In this document: one piece after another, positions 55,052 through 58,261 of the stretch
Position numbering within the stretch: position 1 is the stretch's first letter
Layout: every line of letters begins with the position of its first letter
Virus record (IMG/VR): IMGVR_UViG_3300033141_003435
Coordinates: 1-58,261 of that record
Origin: a virus
Taxonomy: Duplodnaviria; Caudoviricetes
Reading direction: 5' to 3' (one strand)
DNA length: 58,261 nucleotides
Made by a program: the position numbers and the translations under genes
Notes under the pieces: generated by a model
Seen by the model: only the letters and a program-made list of their open reading frames with translations
The model's database searches: none
What the model was told of the DNA's origin: nothing

Positions 55052-55248
55052 CGTTGCTCCTTTGCTTTGTTCAAAGCAAGCCTGAGAGAAGCGATGTCAT
55101 CTTCCAAAGCAGAGATTTCCGAGTTCAGCCAGTCTGTGTTTATGCTGGAGCCGCAAGAGCTTTTGAGTCCTCTGAGTTCGGCCAGCGCTCTTTCTTTTGC
55201 TTTGATCAGTTTCTTGGCCTCTTTGATGAACCATTGATTTCTGTTCAC
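55048..55248 (-). CDS. hypothetical coiled-coil protein
   Basis: 66 aa, AGGAGG RBS. Confidence 0.55.
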   Translation of the reverse strand: MNRNQWFIKEAKKLIKAKERALAELRGLKSSCGSSINTDWLNSEISALEDDIASLRLALNKAKEQR

Positions 55249-55583
55249 CGTTGCCTCCTTTTCTTAAACAAGCGTTCCATTCTCGCTATATCTCTTCGCC
55301 TTGCCTTCACTTGCTTTTCCTTCCCCATCGACTCCAGAAGAGCGAAGTAGCCCTCCCTGATTTCAGAAGTGACATCCTTGAACGTTTCCCTGAGTTGTCG
55401 ATATCGTCGATCATAGTCGCCTATCAGCTCCACTCGATCTCCCTTCCAGCGAGTAGATTTCAGAAACCCTTGCAGCTTTGGGTCGTTAGCCTCTATCTCG
55501 ACTTTTTTAGCTAGACCGCCAACTCCCCAAAAGTTGACCTTCTCCTTCTTTGTGAAATTGAAGAACTGAAAGTATTGTCCCAT
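55245..55583 (-). CDS. hypothetical protein
   Basis: From ATG 55583 (MGQYF..N.TKKE; RWKGDRV.LIGDY). Confidence 0.65.
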   Translation of the reverse strand: MGQYFQFFNFTKKEKVNFWGVGGLAKKVEIEANDPKLQGFLKSTRWKGDRVELIGDYDRRYRQLRETFKDVTSEIREGYFALLESMGKEKQVKARRRDIARMERLFKKRRQR

Positions 55584-55594
55584 CTCAAACCTCC

Positions 55595-55885
55595 TCAACG
55601 CTCCTTCCAAAGGAAGAGCATTAGCTCTCCAACTGTTCGAAGCCCTCTGTATTTGTTACGAGCATCGAAGAAATCTACGCAATAGATTTCTTCGAACAAT
55701 ACGTATTGCTCATCCCGCGTTATAACGACATCGTAGGGCAACTGTCTTTCTATCTCTGCGTCTTTCCTATCCGCCTTTTTCCACACCCGTATCATTCCCC
55801 CATCATCGGGAGAACCATACAGTTCCACCAACCAGGACGAAATCTTCTTCGTCCTACTGTCTTCCCCTCCTAGCTGCAATCTCAT
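55595..55885 (-). CDS. hypothetical protein
   Basis: 96 aa. Confidence 0.55.
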   Translation of the reverse strand: MRLQLGGEDSRTKKISSWLVELYGSPDDGGMIRVWKKADRKDAEIERQLPYDVVITRDEQYVLFEEIYCVDFFDARNKYRGLRTVGELMLFLWKER

Positions 55886-56028
55886 TTTGCTCTCAACTTA
55901 TACAGATACCGAAAACGACGATTGAGTTCGTCTTCGATCCTTTTTCCGACAGCCGTATTCAACTCTAACCTGAGTTGCCGTTTGAGCTGATACATTGTCG
56001 GCTTCCTACCTTTGCTTTTCTTTCCCAT
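55882..56028 (-). CDS. small basic protein (48 aa)
   Basis: Hand-translated MGKKSKGRKPTMYQLKRQ...; AGGAGG RBS; ATGA overlap. Confidence 0.55.
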   Translation of the reverse strand: MGKKSKGRKPTMYQLKRQLRLELNTAVGKRIEDELNRRFRYLYKLRAK

Positions 56029-56043
56029 CTGTTGCCTCCTTTT

Positions 56044-56241
56044 TTAGATGCTCTCAACATCTCCGAAAGCAAGTCCCTTACCCGAATTCTTTCTCCAGAA
56101 TCTTTCGTAGATTCCTCGTCCCGATTTCGTTGGGTAGAACTGCTTCCCGCATCCTAAACAAGTAATACGACATTCGCACAAACGAAAGTCAAATCCGATC
56201 CTGAACATTTTGTGTTTGTGCTCTCTTGTTTTTGAAGTCAT
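56044..56241 (-). CDS. small Zn-ribbon-like early protein
   Basis: ATG 56241 with AGGAGG RBS; CEC..CLGC. Confidence 0.55.
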   Translation of the reverse strand: MTSKTREHKHKMFRIGFDFRLCECRITCLGCGKQFYPTKSGRGIYERFWRKNSGKGLAFGDVESI

Positions 56242-56298
56242 TTGTTGCCTCCTAGTTTTTGTTTTGTTTTTTCCTTTTTTTTCTTCCATTCTATATAT

Positions 56299-56327
56299 AA
56301 TATAATGTATCCTTATATATTTGTCAA
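56299..56327 (-). promoter_or_regulatory. strong sigma70-type early promoter with AT-rich upstream element
   Basis: TTGACA-N17-TATATT; A/T tracts upstream. Confidence 0.8.
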
Positions 56328-56524
56328 GTATTTTAAGGAAAAAATTAAAAAAAGTCTAAAAAAAGTTGGCGACTTTTTACTGGAGAACAAGTTCTCCTTA
56401 GAGCACAAGAAAGAACAAGATTGATTATCCCATAGTATTAATGCCTTGAAGTTCTTACTGGAGAATCGAAGAGCCCTTGTTTGCAAAACCGCCATTTTTG
56501 CAAAATTTCGACGACTTTTTAAGC

Positions 56525-56791
56525 TCACAGCGATATCTCTCCGAAGCTCTGAGCACAGTACGCCCCGTTCGCTAGCCTTAGATGCTCTTCAACCCACTGT
56601 GTGTGCTTGCAGCCTCTCTCAACTCTCTCCGTACCACTCGCGTCTCGAATGCGCCGTACTCTCTTTGTCCACCCAGGACAGTTGCAGCCTAGCGTTCCCT
56701 CTGACGACAGCTTCACCTCGTAGAGTCGATTGCTGTTCGGAGACCTAAAACGACAAATAAGAACCCAGCTCCTTCTCAAGAGTTCCTCCAT
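56525..56791 (-). CDS. SWIM zinc-finger protein
   Basis: S....YEV......CNCPGW...CKH. Confidence 0.7.
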   Translation of the reverse strand: MEELLRRSWVLICRFRSPNSNRLYEVKLSSEGTLGCNCPGWTKRVRRIRDASGTERVERGCKHTQWVEEHLRLANGAYCAQSFGEISL

Positions 56792-56826
56792 TATTTTTAT
56801 TATAAAAGTCAGAACTCCTTCGGAAA
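56788..56826 (-). promoter_or_regulatory. phage-specific promoter copy 5
   Basis: TTCCGA-N15-TATAAT-AAAAATAATGG. Confidence 0.75.
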
Positions 56827-56879
56827 AAGTGAGATAGACGTGTGCCCCAGACTCAGAAAAGGCTTTGTGCACGACTACA

Positions 56880-57311
56880 CTACTTGATGATAACCTGATT
56901 CTCCTTCGTCGAAAGCGTCAAAGGAGCGAAATGAAAGAAGAGATGTTTCGAATACCAGATCAACTGCTTGAAGCCGCTCTTACCCTCTATCCACTCAATG
57001 ATGTCGTCGGCGCTCCACGACTTTGACATTGCGTGAGGATAGAAGTCGACTGCACAAGAATAATGCCCTCTGAAGAGGTGGTCGCTATTGTTGACGCCGC
57101 CCACCTTGTTGTTCAGCTCGACACTTCGCTTCCCAGACAGCACTTCGATTGCGTCTCCCGTTTCATCTCTTAGCGGCTGCAACCAGTGGACGCAAAGAAA
57201 CTTGATTTTCGCTTTGTCTGACTCAGTTAAAACGATCTCTGCTGCCAGCTCTGGAAAGTCCCTGCTGACTTTAAACTCGCTGAAACTGAAATTCCGTGTG
57301 ACATCCCCCAT
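56880..57311 (-). CDS. peptidase M15 family (candidate endolysin)
   Basis: NFSFSEF, LQPLRD, SGKRS..LN..VGG...SDH, AVDF, FFH. Confidence 0.85.
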   Translation of the reverse strand: MGDVTRNFSFSEFKVSRDFPELAAEIVLTESDKAKIKFLCVHWLQPLRDETGDAIEVLSGKRSVELNNKVGGVNNSDHLFRGHYSCAVDFYPHAMSKSWSADDIIEWIEGKSGFKQLIWYSKHLFFHFAPLTLSTKENQVIIK

Positions 57312-58261
57312 TATCTCGTCTCGCCGTAGACTTCCTCCCAAGCCTTCGCCAGAGCCTTGAATCGTGACCAGTCGATTCTCTCTACGCGATAGTCCTCCAG
57401 ATACCGTACAACGCCACCCTCATCGAGTATCTGAATTGTCTCCACCGGAAACGATCCGTAGATGATGCGCTTTCCCTTCGCTTTAGCTTTCGTCCACATG
57501 AACTTTCCCATCTCGTACTGCTGGTCAGCATCTCCGAATATGAACGTCGGTGAAGGGGCATTGGGAGGCCACGTCATTCCACGTCCGTCACGAGAACGAC
57601 CACCAGCATCCTCCGTGAACCTTCGCCACTTGTTCGCCGACCCAAGATAGACATCAACGAGCGGTCGTTTTCGTCCACGGCTGTCAGTGATCTTTTCGGC
57701 AAAATCAGCCTTCGTCGAAAACCCGTGCATCTCAGCCACAGCCAGTCTGTCATACCCTTTTTTCCCGTGCCATCCCAGACGCACCACACTCCCGGTCTTG
57801 ACACCCGCTCGAAGCGTCGTCCACTCACGGACTCCGACTTCCCTGTTCTCAACAAGCATCCTACCTTTTCCCTCATCCACGCTCTTGACAACGAAGTTTG
57901 CTTTTTGGTCACACTCTCCTTGCTTTGCGCACAGATGTGGCTCCCGCAGTTCGTCCAGAGCACCCTCCGAATGGCTGATGTCGACGATGACATGTCTCAA
58001 GTCCGTGTAGCGCTTCAGCACATTCTCATAGACATCCTCATGAAACCGCATAATCTCATGAAATGTCGTGCCGCTCCCGCCGTGTGCAGGTTCGTTGCAC
58101 ACCTTGACCCAGGGCTTGTAAGCGTCGCCATACACTTTGCGATACATGAGGCACACCCTCTCGGTCAAGTCATACACATACGACCTGATAGACTGGTCCC
58201 AGATATGCCGGGCATGGATACCCTGGACGTTGTTCTGAAACGGATACATATTGTACCGAAA
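57311..58261 (-). CDS. hypothetical protein, possibly glycoside hydrolase-like TIM barrel (partial, open to right end)
   Basis: Frame open beyond 58249; VCNEP motif reminiscent of the clan-A acid/base site. Confidence 0.5.
   Translation of the reverse strand, partial: FRYNMYPFQNNVQGIHARHIWDQSIRSYVYDLTERVCLMYRKVYGDAYKPWVKVCNEPAHGGSGTTFHEIMRFHEDVYENVLKRYTDLRHVIVDISHSEGALDELREPHLCAKQGECDQKANFVVKSVDEGKGRMLVENREVGVREWTTLRAGVKTGSVVRLGWHGKKGYDRLAVAEMHGFSTKADFAEKITDSRGRKRPLVDVYLGSANKWRRFTEDAGGRSRDGRGMTWPPNAPSPTFIFGDADQQYEMGKFMWTKAKAKGKRIIYGSFPVETIQILDEGGVVRYLEDYRVERIDWSRFKALAKAWEEVYGETR

Noticed and set aside
1-58261. tRNA genes, integrase, alternative genetic code
   Set aside because: No cloverleaf or recombinase motifs noticed; long genes translate intact with the standard code and end in all three stop codons.

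Overview
A 58 kb segment of a tailed dsDNA bacteriophage genome. Essentially all genes are on the minus strand, with strong AGGAGG-type ribosome-binding sites and sigma70-type promoters; the SLT and M15 peptidoglycan enzymes point to a bacterial host. In transcription order (right to left) it carries: M15 peptidase; small early genes with a sigma-like protein and ATP-dependent ligase; primase; an intein-containing UvsW-like helicase; DnaB-like helicase; a UDG-fused family A polymerase; a T4-like recombination set (UvsY, gp32, UvsX/RecA, resolvase, SbcD, SbcC); a complete ubiquitin-like conjugation operon (Ubl, E2, E1, JAB, JAB) behind its own promoter; a probable terS; a ~2.9 kb repeat-dense block; terL; a ~11 kb extended 7-deazaguanine DNA-modification cluster (QueD, QueE, PRTase-FolE fusion, HAD, two MTase-fold proteins, radical SAM, SpeD fusion, Gat-QueC, second QueC, DpdA-like, HIT-like, three ParB-like); a T4-gp20-like portal; and a MuF-like gene. 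The best candidates for new biology are the phage-encoded Ubl/E1/E2/JAB system, the SpeD/radical-SAM-augmented deazaguanine cluster, and the repeat block between terS and terL, which stays open as a 768-codon frame. All calls come from reading motifs by eye; no database searches were run.
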